Shown here piece after piece: positions 1 to 8,641 of a DNA stretch of 60,064 nucleotides. The notes under the pieces are model-generated. The model was not told the DNA's origin. It worked only from the letters and a program-made list of their open reading frames with translations, and did no database searches. How positions within the stretch are numbered: the first letter of the stretch is position 1; every line of letters starts with the position of its first letter. Origin of the DNA: a virus; IMG/VR virus record IMGVR_UViG_3300048818_000149, positions 1-60,064 of that record. One strand, given 5' to 3'. The position numbers and the translations under genes are program-made.

Positions 1-127
1 GGGGAGAACCGCGTTCAGACACTTACAGGCTCCACGACCTCAGCCACAAGTTGCCATTCACCATTCTTCATACCGCGCCAAGCACGCACGATGTACTTAT
101 TACTATGCGTAGCGAAGCTAACCAAGT
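1..127. repeat. Terminal overlap; identical to 59938-60064 (circular assembly closure)
   Basis: Read both ends base by base: ggggagaaccgcgttcagac...agcgaagctaaccaagt occurs at both termini. The portal ORF reads through the junction. Confidence 0.95.
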
Positions 128-347
128 TGTTGACTGCAACTTTATACTGTTCTGAATTTGGACTCTTAGCCAGCACTACTGAGATAACATTCGCACCATC
201 AGTCCAGGTCGGAGCCTCTTCGCTCTTCTCGCAGCGCAGTCGGCGCTTCTGTGCCTCGATAAAGTCGTGATGGGTCGAGAGCGCAGCCATATAGCGCTCA
301 TTAAAGCCGCCAAAGTCTTTGGTCTCAGGAAATTTAACGATTTGCAT
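15..347 (-). CDS. Hypothetical protein, 110 aa, wedged between terL and portal
   Basis: Open frame. Its stop overlaps the portal GTG start by 8 nt (GTGTCTGA) and it begins 5 nt after the terL stop. Visibly lower G+C than its neighbours. Confidence 0.6.
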   Translation of the reverse strand: MQIVKFPETKDFGGFNERYMAALSTHHDFIEAQKRRLRCEKSEEAPTWTDGANVISVVLAKSPNSEQYKVAVNNLVSFATHSNKYIVRAWRGMKNGEWQLVAEVVEPVSV

Positions 348-351
348 GGTG

Positions 352-1779
352 TTACCTCATCCAGCCCGAAGAGCTATCAGAACGGCTACCGAACGCACCG
401 GGAACGAGGGCGTTCAGGGTGCCCAGCATGGTACTTCTCGGTCGGGCAATCTTGCAGACTGCTCCGACAACTTTCATGCCACAGCCCACAGCGAAGTCAT
501 TGAACGCGCTGGCGGCGTGAGAGTGCTCATCATGCTTGGGCTTGTCCGCAGTCTGCAGAATGAGCCCCGTCCGCGGATCAGTCTTGCGCACTTCATACTG
601 AAAATGCTTGAGCGCATGCAGACCCTCGTGGCAGCGCTTCTCGTCAAACCAGCAGCGTGGAAAGATCGTGCGCCCAGCGTTGATCTTGTCCAGATGGCTC
701 AGGCCAGAAACCACTGTGGTCACGTAGCCTCCGCCCTTGATTTGCTCCTCAATGCTCATCTTCGTCCCCAACGTCTTGGCCTTGGCGTCTGGGGGCAGCC
801 AGATACGAGAGTACAAGTATTGTCTCTGCTGCATAACCTTCAAGTAGTGGTCAATATGCTTCAGGCGATTTTGGTAAAAGTCAATAAAGTGATACTCGAA
901 GCCGACGCGCTGGACGAACCACATACTGGTATCGTCCCCTCGCCCCAAGTCGAAAGAGACCTCGACCGGCACAGTGCGGTCATATGGCACGCTCGTAATG
1001 CGATCTTGGATGAACGCCTCGCGTAGCTCATCGGCGAAGATAGCTCCTTCGAGCGTCTTGCGCGTATGGCCTTCCCACACATGCAAGTAGCCGTCCAGGT
1101 CTCTGCGCTTCAGTTCCTCAATTTCTTGGCGTACTTCCTCGCTGAGCCAGGGGTTATCTCGCCAGGTGGCCTTGACGACAAATGCGCGCGGGTATTCCTT
1201 GCAGACCCAGCCGCCAGGCACTTCGCTCTCAGTGGTCTTGACTTTCTCCAGACCCTCGGGTGAGATGACGAAGCGCTGATAGACTTCGTCATCCTCCTGA
1301 TCTGGATTGAATGTGAACCAGATCTCGCTCTCTTCGGCGCGAATTGTTGGGATCAGAATCTCTAGCGAGTAGCGCGTCAGCTTGTCGGCCTCTTCGAGCC
1401 AGCACTTCGTAACGCCCTCGTAGGACTTGATCTTGGTAATATTATGCCTAATACCCTCGAAGGAGAATTCAGTCCCCCTAGCCTGCCCTAGCCCGTAGAT
1501 GCCTTGTTGTTGAACATCATAGAGATAATTCATCCCCATTCGAGTTATCTGGTCTCCAAGCAACTTATGCACAGAGTCCTTTATGCTGGCCTGAAGCTCG
1601 CGGGCACAGAGTATGCGCTCGCGGCCATTGAGGCCCTGAATCAGTAGGGCACGTGCTACGCCCCAGGAACGGCCAGCAGATCGACCGCCATATAGCACTT
1701 TGAAGCGTTTTGGCTTGAACAAGCACTGAAGCGCCTCGGGGAAGGCAGGGCTTATGCTGGCCGTTGCGACTTCGGGCAC
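352..1779 (-). CDS. terL: Terminase large subunit (PBSX/Terminase_3-like)
   Basis: 475 aa. Walker-A-like KVLYGGRSAGRSWGVA near the N-terminus, WLEEAD Walker-B-like motif, nuclease-half-like C-terminus. Sits immediately upstream of the portal gene. GTG start with no obvious SD. Confidence 0.88.
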   Translation of the reverse strand: MPEVATASISPAFPEALQCLFKPKRFKVLYGGRSAGRSWGVARALLIQGLNGRERILCARELQASIKDSVHKLLGDQITRMGMNYLYDVQQQGIYGLGQARGTEFSFEGIRHNITKIKSYEGVTKCWLEEADKLTRYSLEILIPTIRAEESEIWFTFNPDQEDDEVYQRFVISPEGLEKVKTTESEVPGGWVCKEYPRAFVVKATWRDNPWLSEEVRQEIEELKRRDLDGYLHVWEGHTRKTLEGAIFADELREAFIQDRITSVPYDRTVPVEVSFDLGRGDDTSMWFVQRVGFEYHFIDFYQNRLKHIDHYLKVMQQRQYLYSRIWLPPDAKAKTLGTKMSIEEQIKGGGYVTTVVSGLSHLDKINAGRTIFPRCWFDEKRCHEGLHALKHFQYEVRKTDPRTGLILQTADKPKHDEHSHAASAFNDFAVGCGMKVVGAVCKIARPRSTMLGTLNALVPGAFGSRSDSSSGWMR

Positions 1780-1802
1780 GGAGGAACTCGGCTATTTGGG
1801 GG

Positions 1803-1843
1803 AGAAAAGAGGGGCCACTAGACGCGATGCCTAAAGTGGCCCC
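1803..1843 (-). terminator. Hairpin plus T-tract (minus strand) between the secreted-protein gene and terL
   Basis: 9-bp stem ggggccact (1811-1819) / agtggcccc (1835-1843) with a 15-nt loop. On the minus strand it is followed by TCTTTTCT. Confidence 0.45.
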
Positions 1844-1868
1844 CCAAGAACGTCACTACGCCATCGCC

Positions 1869-2480
1869 TTACTGAAAGCGATACCAGACAGTCCCGTTAT
1901 AGACCCAGGCGTAGCCAGTGCCAGCAGTCGTACCACTGATCGCGCCGCAAGCCGGAATGCAGGTGCTGCCTGTGCCAGCCGCAGTCGTAATGCCGGTGGT
2001 CAAATTCGCACCCAGAATGATGTGCAAAATCTGCCCCGCATAGGGCGCAGCGGTAAACGTGTAGGTCGGATTGGTCTTCGTTCCGCTGATGTATTCCCAG
2101 GCCGTCTGCGCGCCGATGGTGACAGTCGTGCTGGTCGTCGCATCGTTCACAAAGAGCCCGTTGCCGAGTGTCAGAAGAGGCACGAGCTGGGTCTGCGGCG
2201 CGATACTGGTAACGCCCTGAGCAGTCTGCTCCAGCGCGTAGCTGTCCGCCGGAACTGCTTCGTAGCCGGAGAGCGAAGTGGCGCCCGCAGGTGCAGTCAC
2301 GGCGCACTGATTGCCACTGGGCAAGCTGCCCGGAACGGTGGGACCAGTATTGTAGACGCTATAGCCCGCACAGTACGAGCTGCCGCCGAGGATCGGCAAG
2401 CCCGGCCACTGGCCCACGGCGAACGCGACAGCCACACTGGCCAGCAACGCTGACCCAGTAAGAAGAAGCTTCTTGAACAT
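1869..2480 (-). CDS. Secreted Gly/Thr/Ala-rich beta-type protein with Sec-like signal peptide
   Basis: Start moved to ATG 2480 (AGGAG 9 nt upstream). N-terminus MFKKLLLTGSALLASVAVAFAVGQ resembles the signal peptide of 50984..51859 (10/19 identical). Confidence 0.65.
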   Translation of the reverse strand: MFKKLLLTGSALLASVAVAFAVGQWPGLPILGGSSYCAGYSVYNTGPTVPGSLPSGNQCAVTAPAGATSLSGYEAVPADSYALEQTAQGVTSIAPQTQLVPLLTLGNGLFVNDATTSTTVTIGAQTAWEYISGTKTNPTYTFTAAPYAGQILHIILGANLTTGITTAAGTGSTCIPACGAISGTTAGTGYAWVYNGTVWYRFQ

Positions 2481-2557
2481 TGTCTTTCTCTCCTGGGCCG
2501 AATGTGGATCGCAGCGCGCTGGCTTGGCCCATGCCAGCCGGGGCACGCTGTTTTCAG

Positions 2558-2737
2558 TTATCTCTTGCCGTGATAGTTTGGCCCGCCGGGGGCAGCTCCA
2601 GCGGCTCGCGCCAGTGCGCCAATGACTGCATCGGGCACGCCCTTGGCCTTCAGCTGAGCGGCTCGTCCGCCGTGACCCAGCTTGTTACTTTTGCCCCTGA
2701 AGGAGCCAGATTTCTTTATGCGCGTGCTCTCGGCCAT
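2558..2737 (-). CDS. Small basic protein, 59 aa (below the ORF-track cutoff)
   Basis: Hand translation: MAESTRIKKSGSFRGKSNKLGHGGRAAQLKAKGVPDAVIGALARAAGAAPGGPNYHGKR. Fills an otherwise empty gap in the operon. Confidence 0.4.
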   Translation of the reverse strand: MAESTRIKKSGSFRGKSNKLGHGGRAAQLKAKGVPDAVIGALARAAGAAPGGPNYHGKR

Positions 2738-2746
2738 CAGAGCGCT

Positions 2747-3037
2747 CTAGCCTTTCCGAATATGCGCCATGTCGGCTTTGCCCGCACGGGCACCCGACTT
2801 GATACTCCTCGCGGCATCGCCCAGATTGCCTCCGCCAGCGCCCAGGCCCGGTTCGCAATTCGTGCCCATGCGCTTCGAGACCACGTCCATTGGGAACGCT
2901 GGGCCAGCAGGGGACTTGCGAATATCTCTTGCGCCCTTGATGACTGGCCCAAGATCGTGCCCCATCGTGCCGTGCTCGGTCTTGTCCAAGTGGCTAGCCT
3001 TCTGGAAGCGCGCCAGTCTGTCCGGGGTCTCACCCAT
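2747..3037 (-). CDS. Hypothetical protein, 96 aa
   Basis: Protein-like composition, unlike the R/W-rich alternative frame 2737..3042. Start lies 1 nt after the stop of 3039..3320 (TGAAATG). Confidence 0.45.
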   Translation of the reverse strand: MGETPDRLARFQKASHLDKTEHGTMGHDLGPVIKGARDIRKSPAGPAFPMDVVSKRMGTNCEPGLGAGGGNLGDAARSIKSGARAGKADMAHIRKG

Positions 3038-3038
3038 T

Positions 3039-3320
3039 TCAACGTCTCCTGTTCAAGAGGCCCACAGCGGCCTTCAGATGATTAACTTTGGGCTCACCGG
3101 CCAGGCCGCCAACGATAGCTGGCGCGTCCTGGGCGTCAAATTCGCTCGTCTGCGCCCCGAACGCATTATCGGCCATCTCGTCAGACGCTGGAACGGGCAT
3201 CTTTCTGGCTGGCCTCTTGCGTTCGTGCGCCGTGACCATCACGCTCGTATTCTTCCCCGGATGGGAGATCATCTTACCTTTTGCGGCCATGCTCAGAGAG
3301 CCTCCATTCGGAATGCGCAA
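3039..3320 (-). CDS. Hypothetical protein, 93 aa
   Basis: Open frame tightly coupled to the downstream ORF. No recognisable motif. Confidence 0.4.
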   Translation of the reverse strand: MRIPNGGSLSMAAKGKMISHPGKNTSVMVTAHERKRPARKMPVPASDEMADNAFGAQTSEFDAQDAPAIVGGLAGEPKVNHLKAAVGLLNRRR

Positions 3321-3380
3321 GCATGGGAGGCTGGCACGGCGCGGTCAATGGGAAAATGCACGGCGGCTGCGGGCATGGCC

Positions 3381-3863
3381 TTAGATCGGCCCCCGGCCCA
3401 GCCAGTGCAGCACCGGCACGACATCGTTCTTGGCCATTTGGAGAGCCTCCAGCAGATTGCGTGCGACTAGCGCTCCGCGCGGAAGTGCGCTGAGCGACCG
3501 CACAACGATAGCGGCCCAGGTGGGCTTAGAGTAACACGCCCGAATAACGGGCAAATAAAGCTGTACTAGCTGACCCTGAGCCTGCTCAACGTTCTTGAGC
3601 TTACATTCTAGCACAAGCACTGCCCCAGCTAGCGGAACGACCACGTCTGGCTGGCAATAGCCTTTCTGGCCATCAGCAAGATACTCATACCACTGGCCAT
3701 GTCGGGCATTGGGCAGACTTCGCAGCACGTTGTCCGCGAATCTACTTTCATAGCTCAAGCCGAAGCCCTTAGAGCCCTTGGGCTTGCGGCGTGCTTGGGG
3801 TATGCACGCTGGGCGCGCAACCTCCTTGGCCCACTGGACGTTGCAGACTACGCGATGACTCAT
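3381..3863 (-). CDS. PD-(D/E)xK nuclease-fold protein
   Basis: Start at ATG 3863 (ATGA overlap with the upstream ORF). Motif QPDVVV...VLVLECKL fits the D...E-x-K restriction-endonuclease-like core. Confidence 0.55.
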   Translation of the reverse strand: MSHRVVCNVQWAKEVARPACIPQARRKPKGSKGFGLSYESRFADNVLRSLPNARHGQWYEYLADGQKGYCQPDVVVPLAGAVLVLECKLKNVEQAQGQLVQLYLPVIRACYSKPTWAAIVVRSLSALPRGALVARNLLEALQMAKNDVVPVLHWLGRGPI

Positions 3864-4030
3864 CGTGGATAGCACCGAAAATGCTCTACTTTGTCCTTGC
3901 GCGCAAACGCAGCATTCATGAGCTTTACACATTCAGAGCAAACGACAGGCGCCTGAAACTTATCAGTAGTCACAAAGCCCAGACTCGTATCTCTCTTCTC
4001 ACGATCACAGAACACACAACGCGGGCTCAT
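3860..4030 (-). CDS. Small C4 zinc-ribbon protein (ClpX-N-like CxxC...CxxC)
   Basis: ATG 4030 has AGGAG 6 nt upstream. MSPRCVFCDRE...VVCSECVKLM. ATGA coupling to the next gene. Confidence 0.5.
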   Translation of the reverse strand: MSPRCVFCDREKRDTSLGFVTTDKFQAPVVCSECVKLMNAAFARKDKVEHFRCYPR

Positions 4031-4109
4031 GCATATCTCCTGGCCAATTCGATCAGGCCCAAGCAGCCCAGCCAAGGTGCAATTAGCAGCAGACAGATCA
4101 CAGCGCCCA

Positions 4110-4742
4110 TCAGAGCTTCCTCACGAAGCGGTCGCAGACAGCCTCGGGCGAAATGGGGCCAGCGACGAGCGTACAGGCGCTGGGCGCTCTAAACATGCTG
4201 CAGAGCGCACATTGTCTATGCCTGGCTCCGTGACCGTACATCACAGCGATCTTAGAGACTTTGCCCTCTTGCAAGTCTTCCAGCGTCACCTTCAGCTCAC
4301 CGCCATACGGACTGAGATCGAGGTCTGGGGGGCAATTCGTCAGCTTCTCATGCTCAATGGGCGCGTAGAACGGACGTAAGAGCATTCGGTATTCCTTTGC
4401 CGTATGCCCCAGATCGACAACGTAGCGATCCTCCGCCGCAGTGGCCATATGATGTCTGGGCTCGTAGCCGCTAATGTAGGGCTTGAGTGACCACTCAACG
4501 ATCTCATGCAGCGAGATCAGTCTCTTCGCCCAGTCGGGCAGAGAATGCAACTTGGGATCAAAGTAGAGCGTTTGGCCATCTAGCGAGCTGCCAGCGAGAT
4601 AGGGCACGTCATAGTCGCTGTTCCACTTGCGCGGCAGCGCAATCGTCAGTCGCAGCTCAGGCTCTTTGTAGAAGAGATCAAGAAAATGCTCCAGCGAACC
4701 TGCTGGAGGAATATCGTCATAACATGGATCTCCGCTAGACAT
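4110..4742 (-). CDS. Hypothetical protein, 210 aa, Cys-rich C-terminus
   Basis: Long open frame in operon orientation. No family recognised. Confidence 0.6.
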   Translation of the reverse strand: MSSGDPCYDDIPPAGSLEHFLDLFYKEPELRLTIALPRKWNSDYDVPYLAGSSLDGQTLYFDPKLHSLPDWAKRLISLHEIVEWSLKPYISGYEPRHHMATAAEDRYVVDLGHTAKEYRMLLRPFYAPIEHEKLTNCPPDLDLSPYGGELKVTLEDLQEGKVSKIAVMYGHGARHRQCALCSMFRAPSACTLVAGPISPEAVCDRFVRKL

Positions 4743-4947
4743 CAGTTAACTGGTCCCAGACCGTTCGCGGAAAGGCATAGAGCGGATCATCGAGCAGATA
4801 GTGCCTCAGGCCAGGACTCATCAGCGCTCTATCGCGCACAGCGCTCGTGGTCACCGCACAGTGCTCTGCTGAATGCCAGTATCGCCAGTTATGCAGCTGG
4901 GCCAGCCAGAGTGGTCTCTTCGCCCGTTGAGTTAGCTCTGCTTGCAT
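4735..4947 (-). CDS. Hypothetical protein, 70 aa
   Basis: Open frame overlapping both neighbours by a few nt. Confidence 0.4.
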   Translation of the reverse strand: MQAELTQRAKRPLWLAQLHNWRYWHSAEHCAVTTSAVRDRALMSPGLRHYLLDDPLYAFPRTVWDQLTDV

Positions 4948-5180
4948 TGAGTAAATGCCTTGCCCAGAATTGGATCGTTGCGCATCTGCTCAGCAAGTGA
5001 TGGACCATTGCTGATCATGGTAGTCCACCCCTTTTGCGGCTCACTCATGTTAGAGCAGACCGCCACGGCCTGTTGAGTCAGGCACAGCTCGTTCGCAAAG
5101 GCCAGCCGCTTGCACTGCACGCAGCGCGCGATCAGCACGTTGGGCGCCAGATCTCTAAAGTTGCGCGGAAGGGGCGTCAT
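4932..5180 (-). CDS. Hypothetical protein, 82 aa
   Basis: Open frame. Its ATG is part of an ATGA overlap with the 29-aa ORF upstream. Confidence 0.5.
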   Translation of the reverse strand: MTPLPRNFRDLAPNVLIARCVQCKRLAFANELCLTQQAVAVCSNMSEPQKGWTTMISNGPSLAEQMRNDPILGKAFTQCKQS

Positions 5181-5266
5181 TTCTTTCTCCGTTTACGCGC
5201 CATTGGTAGCGGTGCAGTCACCCACACCGCTGCCAGAATGAGTGCCACCAGAAGCACTAAGGCCAC
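5177..5266 (-). CDS. Candidate 29-aa single-pass membrane peptide
   Basis: Hand translation (GTG start) VALVLLVALILAAVWVTAPLPMARKRRKK. Exactly fills the gap: TAA-GTG junction upstream and ATGA junction downstream. Confidence 0.3.
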   Translation of the reverse strand: MALVLLVALILAAVWVTAPLPMARKRRKK

Positions 5267-5659
5267 TTAGAGAAAGCTGCTCGCGGCATTCACAGTCGTC
5301 TCGATTGCCGCGATAAGCTGCGCGATCTGCAGCGGATCGCCGGCCTTTCGCAAGTTCTCCAGCAATGGCAGCACAGTCGTCGGCAAGCCATTGATGGTCT
5401 CGATCTTTGTAATGATCGCGGGGCCAGCAGCGGCCAGCGCAGCCGGATTGTTCACGAGCGCCATCAGCTGGTTCAGATCCTGATTGACCTGAGTGCTGAC
5501 GCTACCAACCATGCTGCCCGCGACGGAGGAAAGCACACTAGTAGCGCTGGTGCCCGTAACGCCCGCAGTCGAGAGGGCACTCACGAGTGCCGAAAGAATA
5601 TTCTGACCCATTTTGATACTTCCTTGGTTGTGGCGAAGTAAGATTGAAAGATCTGACAT
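5267..5659 (-). CDS. Ala/Ser/Val-rich hypothetical protein, 130 aa
   Basis: GAGG upstream of ATG 5659. Alternative start at ATG 5611 with AAGGAAG. Confidence 0.55.
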   Translation of the reverse strand: MSDLSILLRHNQGSIKMGQNILSALVSALSTAGVTGTSATSVLSSVAGSMVGSVSTQVNQDLNQLMALVNNPAALAAAGPAIITKIETINGLPTTVLPLLENLRKAGDPLQIAQLIAAIETTVNAASSFL

Positions 5660-5670
5660 GCGTTTCGCCT

Positions 5671-5988
5671 CTAGCTTGCCAGATAATCGGGATTCAGCAC
5701 ATCGCCCAGGCTGCCATCATGCAAGTAGTTTGGAATGTACTTCGGCTGTCGGCGTTTCCAGGCATTTGTGCCAGCTGCCAGCGGGCCGTGCAACTTGAGG
5801 TCGCCAATGAGAAGGTCAAACGCTGGATGCAGCGCGCGAATGGCGGCGACCACACTGGGCTCAGCATCAACGAGCGAACCGGCAAGTCCGATCCAGTCGG
5901 AGAGACTTAGTGCTCCGAAGACGCTAGCGGCTGAGCCGCCACTGAGTAGTCCGCTGAGAATAGGCAGCAACGCGAGAAGAATGCCCAT
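5671..5988 (-). CDS. Membrane protein (holin/antiholin candidate), 105 aa
   Basis: N-terminus MGILLALLPILSGLLSGG is hydrophobic. Adjacent to the hydrolase gene block. Confidence 0.5.
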   Translation of the reverse strand: MGILLALLPILSGLLSGGSAASVFGALSLSDWIGLAGSLVDAEPSVVAAIRALHPAFDLLIGDLKLHGPLAAGTNAWKRRQPKYIPNYLHDGSLGDVLNPDYLAS

Positions 5989-6356
5989 CAGATCTGGCCC
6001 TTGCCGCTCGTATTCGCCGGAATTGCAATGACGTTAGCGGGCAACGCAGCGGCCAGCTTCGGGTCTTTCAGAACAATCTGGCCCGAATTGCCGATGACCT
6101 TGCTGGCTTGCAGCAACGTCGCAAACGGAGACTGTTTCCAGGCGGCCCAGACACCGCTGGCCGTAGCCAAAATGGTCATCGCGCCAGCGATGATACTAGC
6201 AACGCCAGTGCTGATCTGCCTAATGGCCTCGCCCAAGTCTTGACCCTGGCCAGTTGAGATAAGATGCAGCACCATGCCAGCGGAGACAGCACCAGCAGAG
6301 TACGAAATCACATGACGGCCGAAAGCGACGATTTGGCTCTGATTAGGAAGTTGCAT
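5988..6356 (-). CDS. Membrane protein (holin candidate), 122 aa
   Basis: Two or three hydrophobic helices (AGAVSAGMVLHLI, ASIIAGAMTILATASGVWAAW). Lies directly downstream of the glycosidase-like gene. Confidence 0.5.
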   Translation of the reverse strand: MQLPNQSQIVAFGRHVISYSAGAVSAGMVLHLISTGQGQDLGEAIRQISTGVASIIAGAMTILATASGVWAAWKQSPFATLLQASKVIGNSGQIVLKDPKLAAALPANVIAIPANTSGKGQI

Positions 6357-6357
6357 T

Positions 6358-7191
6358 TCAGTTCTCCTTAGAGATTGTATCTAAGATTGTTTTGGCCCGC
6401 GCGATGTGCTCCAACGCAGCACTAATGGCAATAGTCACGCTGGCGGAGTGAATATCGGGCCGCGCAGCAGAGCTGGCAGAGCTAACTGACTTGGCCATTT
6501 GCGCTTGGGCCTCAGAAATGCTCTGCGCACTGGGGGCCAGTATTTGGACTTCGCTAAAGGGAATAAATTGCCCCCAGTCAGTCCCGTTCGCCGCATTCGG
6601 ATCGCAGGCCACGCCAGCAACGTGCGTAGGCAGACCCTGGTGCAGCACCCACTTCTTGCTGACCAGGAACTCCTTAGAGCCCAGCCAGCCAGTCGGTGCC
6701 GCTAGCCAGGCAAAATCCGCGAAGTCACTGGCCAGCGCGGCATTGCAGACTGCGCCGCTGGCGTAGACGCCTACGCGATACTTGCTGGCTGTCCTGAAGC
6801 CATTAGGCGCGACTGCGCCGCCGAAGACCGCGCGAATGGCGGCGAAGTAGGGCATGACCAGTTTCGCGATCTGGGTCGCACTGGCATCAGTATCGACGGC
6901 AAAATAGACCGCCGCGCCTTCTGGCGCGCCCAGGGCGGGCAGGGCGGCCAAGGCGTGCTGGGCGTCCCGTGTGCCCGCAGCGGCGCTGATGTCCCCATGG
7001 GCGAAGTCGCCCCAGCCCTCAGAGACCAGTGTTAGCGACATCGGAACTGCTGCGATGGCCTTCGCTCGTGCGGGCGTGATGACTTTGCCCGTCTGCCCAT
7101 GCGGATTCAGATAGCCAATAACGTCGGTCACGCCAGCAGCAGAGAGCGCGTGCAAATGCGCCGTAATGTCCTCGTTAACGTCAATAATCAC
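6358..7191 (-). CDS. Glycoside-hydrolase-like protein (Rv2525c/DUF1906-like), endolysin candidate
   Basis: 277 aa with a GTG start. The pattern GVTDVIGYL...AVYFAVDTD...YRVGVYASG matches that family as I remember it. Confidence 0.6.
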   Translation of the reverse strand: MIIDVNEDITAHLHALSAAGVTDVIGYLNPHGQTGKVITPARAKAIAAVPMSLTLVSEGWGDFAHGDISAAAGTRDAQHALAALPALGAPEGAAVYFAVDTDASATQIAKLVMPYFAAIRAVFGGAVAPNGFRTASKYRVGVYASGAVCNAALASDFADFAWLAAPTGWLGSKEFLVSKKWVLHQGLPTHVAGVACDPNAANGTDWGQFIPFSEVQILAPSAQSISEAQAQMAKSVSSASSAARPDIHSASVTIAISAALEHIARAKTILDTISKEN

Positions 7192-7355
7192 TGTAAGCTC
7201 TCCTTGGGCTCCAGGCCCTCAATTCTGCGTGCAAGCACCAGATAGAAGCTCTGCATGTCCTTACTGGCGCGCTCCCAGTGAGCGTCCAGCCCGCAACGTG
7301 AACGAATCTGACTGCGTAGCTCTTTCGCCGTGGCCAGTAAGTCTTCCTCGCGCAT
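7188..7355 (-). CDS. Small hypothetical protein, 55 aa (below cutoff)
   Basis: Hand translation MREEDLLATAKELRSQIRSRCGLDAHWERASKDMQSFYLVLARRIEGLEPKESLQ. TAATG junction upstream and GTGA junction downstream. Confidence 0.4.
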   Translation of the reverse strand: MREEDLLATAKELRSQIRSRCGLDAHWERASKDMQSFYLVLARRIEGLEPKESLQ

Positions 7356-7633
7356 TATTTCGCCTTAGGCTCTGCTGGCTTCGGCGCATTCGCGGCCTTC
7401 AGATCGTCCAGCTCCTTCTTTGTGCTGGCCAGTTGGCTCTGCGTCAGCGCCAGTTGTGCTTTCGCCTGAGCCACTTCGTCCAGCGCGTTGTTGCGCTGTT
7501 GCTGCAGAGTCTGAATGGCCGCGCTGATGAACGCCGGATCGGGCGCGGGCTGGGGTACGCCAGCAGGCATCTGGGCCAGAGCAGCGCCAGCAGTCAGTAA
7601 CGAGAATAACACCGCTACAGTGAAGTTACGCAT
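7355..7633 (-). CDS. Secreted/anchored periplasmic coiled-coil protein (spanin-like candidate)
   Basis: Signal/anchor MRNFTVAVLFSLLTAGAALAQ followed by a heptad-like Q/A/L-rich helix and a Pro/Lys tail. Confidence 0.55.
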   Translation of the reverse strand: MRNFTVAVLFSLLTAGAALAQMPAGVPQPAPDPAFISAAIQTLQQQRNNALDEVAQAKAQLALTQSQLASTKKELDDLKAANAPKPAEPKAK

Positions 7634-8270
7634 GATCTTTCTTCTCCTCAGTTATGGTTAACACTTCAGCAACTTCGCCCTCGATGACTGCTCCATTGCG
7701 CGCTGGCACAAAGTTAATGTTGACGTTCAGGCCAGCAGTCTGGCCCGCGCCCAGTCTCGGATCGCCCTTGGCGGGCGCGGCAGAACGGTCCATTGTGCTT
7801 TCCACGATCTGGCGCAGTTCGTTATTCGTGAACTTATCCGGCTGGTCCTCTAGCCTCTCCTGCAGAACATCCATGGCTGTTCCGCCGAGAGTGACCAGTC
7901 GCGTGTAGGCGTCAAACTTAATTTGCTCTTGCTGTTCAGCGTAGTAGACCAGCAGTTCCTTGAACGCCGGGTCCACGCGGAGCGTTCGGATGCTCGTCAC
8001 GCTTCTGCCAGTTATCATACTGGCATCGAGATCGTTTATCCCGCTGGCCAGCAGCTGGGCCAACTGCTGGTGACCCGTGCGCAGTGTGCTGAGTGAGCGT
8101 TCGGGCGCTGAGATCTGCCAGTTCTTCTCACGCAGTTCTTGGGCGAGCAGCGGCAGGTCTCTGGGCTCGATGTTGCGAACGACTTCGCACGGCTCGACCG
8201 GCAACGTCATCTTCGCCAGAGCGACTTGCTCTAGTTGCGCCAGCGTAGTCTCTTGCGCCCGTCCGCTCAT
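7626..8270 (-). CDS. Hypothetical protein, 214 aa (possible HTH; weak small-terminase candidate)
   Basis: Open frame. The segment ITGRSVTSIRTLRVDPAFKELL looks HTH-like. It lies about 6 kb from terL, so the role is uncertain. Confidence 0.55.
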   Translation of the reverse strand: MSGRAQETTLAQLEQVALAKMTLPVEPCEVVRNIEPRDLPLLAQELREKNWQISAPERSLSTLRTGHQQLAQLLASGINDLDASMITGRSVTSIRTLRVDPAFKELLVYYAEQQEQIKFDAYTRLVTLGGTAMDVLQERLEDQPDKFTNNELRQIVESTMDRSAAPAKGDPRLGAGQTAGLNVNINFVPARNGAVIEGEVAEVLTITEEKKDHA

Positions 8271-8641
8271 CAGTAGTTGCCCCAGGCGCTGCGCGTTGTG
8301 GGCACAAAGGGCTTGGGGACTACCTCTAGGGTGACGTTGCAGAGCCCGCTGCAGCCAATGCGCTTGGCGGGCGCTAGAGTCAGATCAATCTCGCGGCCCT
8401 TCACGTATGGGCCTCGGTCATTGATGCGGACTACTACGCTGCGCTCGCCGTGTGTCACGCGAACGTAAGTGCCGAAGGGCAGCGTCTTGTGCGCAGCGGT
8501 GTTGGCGTTGCAGTCCAGTCTGCCCCCGCTGGCCACTGGCTTCCCGCAGTAGCCGTCAGAGCCGCCATAGACGCTGGCCACAGCGGCCTGTCCGCAAGTG
8601 ACGTGGCTGACTGCGAGACAGAAGACCAGAGCGCGGAACAT
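8270..8641 (-). CDS. RlpA-like double-psi beta-barrel lytic transglycosylase with signal peptide
   Basis: ASVYGG...TAAHKTLPFGTYVRVTHGERSVVVRINDRGPYVKGREIDLTLAPAKRIG matches the RlpA/DPBB signature. N-terminus MFRALVFCLAVSHVTCGQA. Confidence 0.75.
   Translation of the reverse strand: MFRALVFCLAVSHVTCGQAAVASVYGGSDGYCGKPVASGGRLDCNANTAAHKTLPFGTYVRVTHGERSVVVRINDRGPYVKGREIDLTLAPAKRIGCSGLCNVTLEVVPKPFVPTTRSAWGNY

Noticed and set aside
2737-3042. Alternative minus-strand frame (101 aa) that forms an ATGA junction with the 59-aa ORF
   Set aside because: Its translation is extremely Arg/Trp/Ala-rich. The overlapping frame 2747..3037 has normal composition and is itself tightly coupled to the upstream gene.
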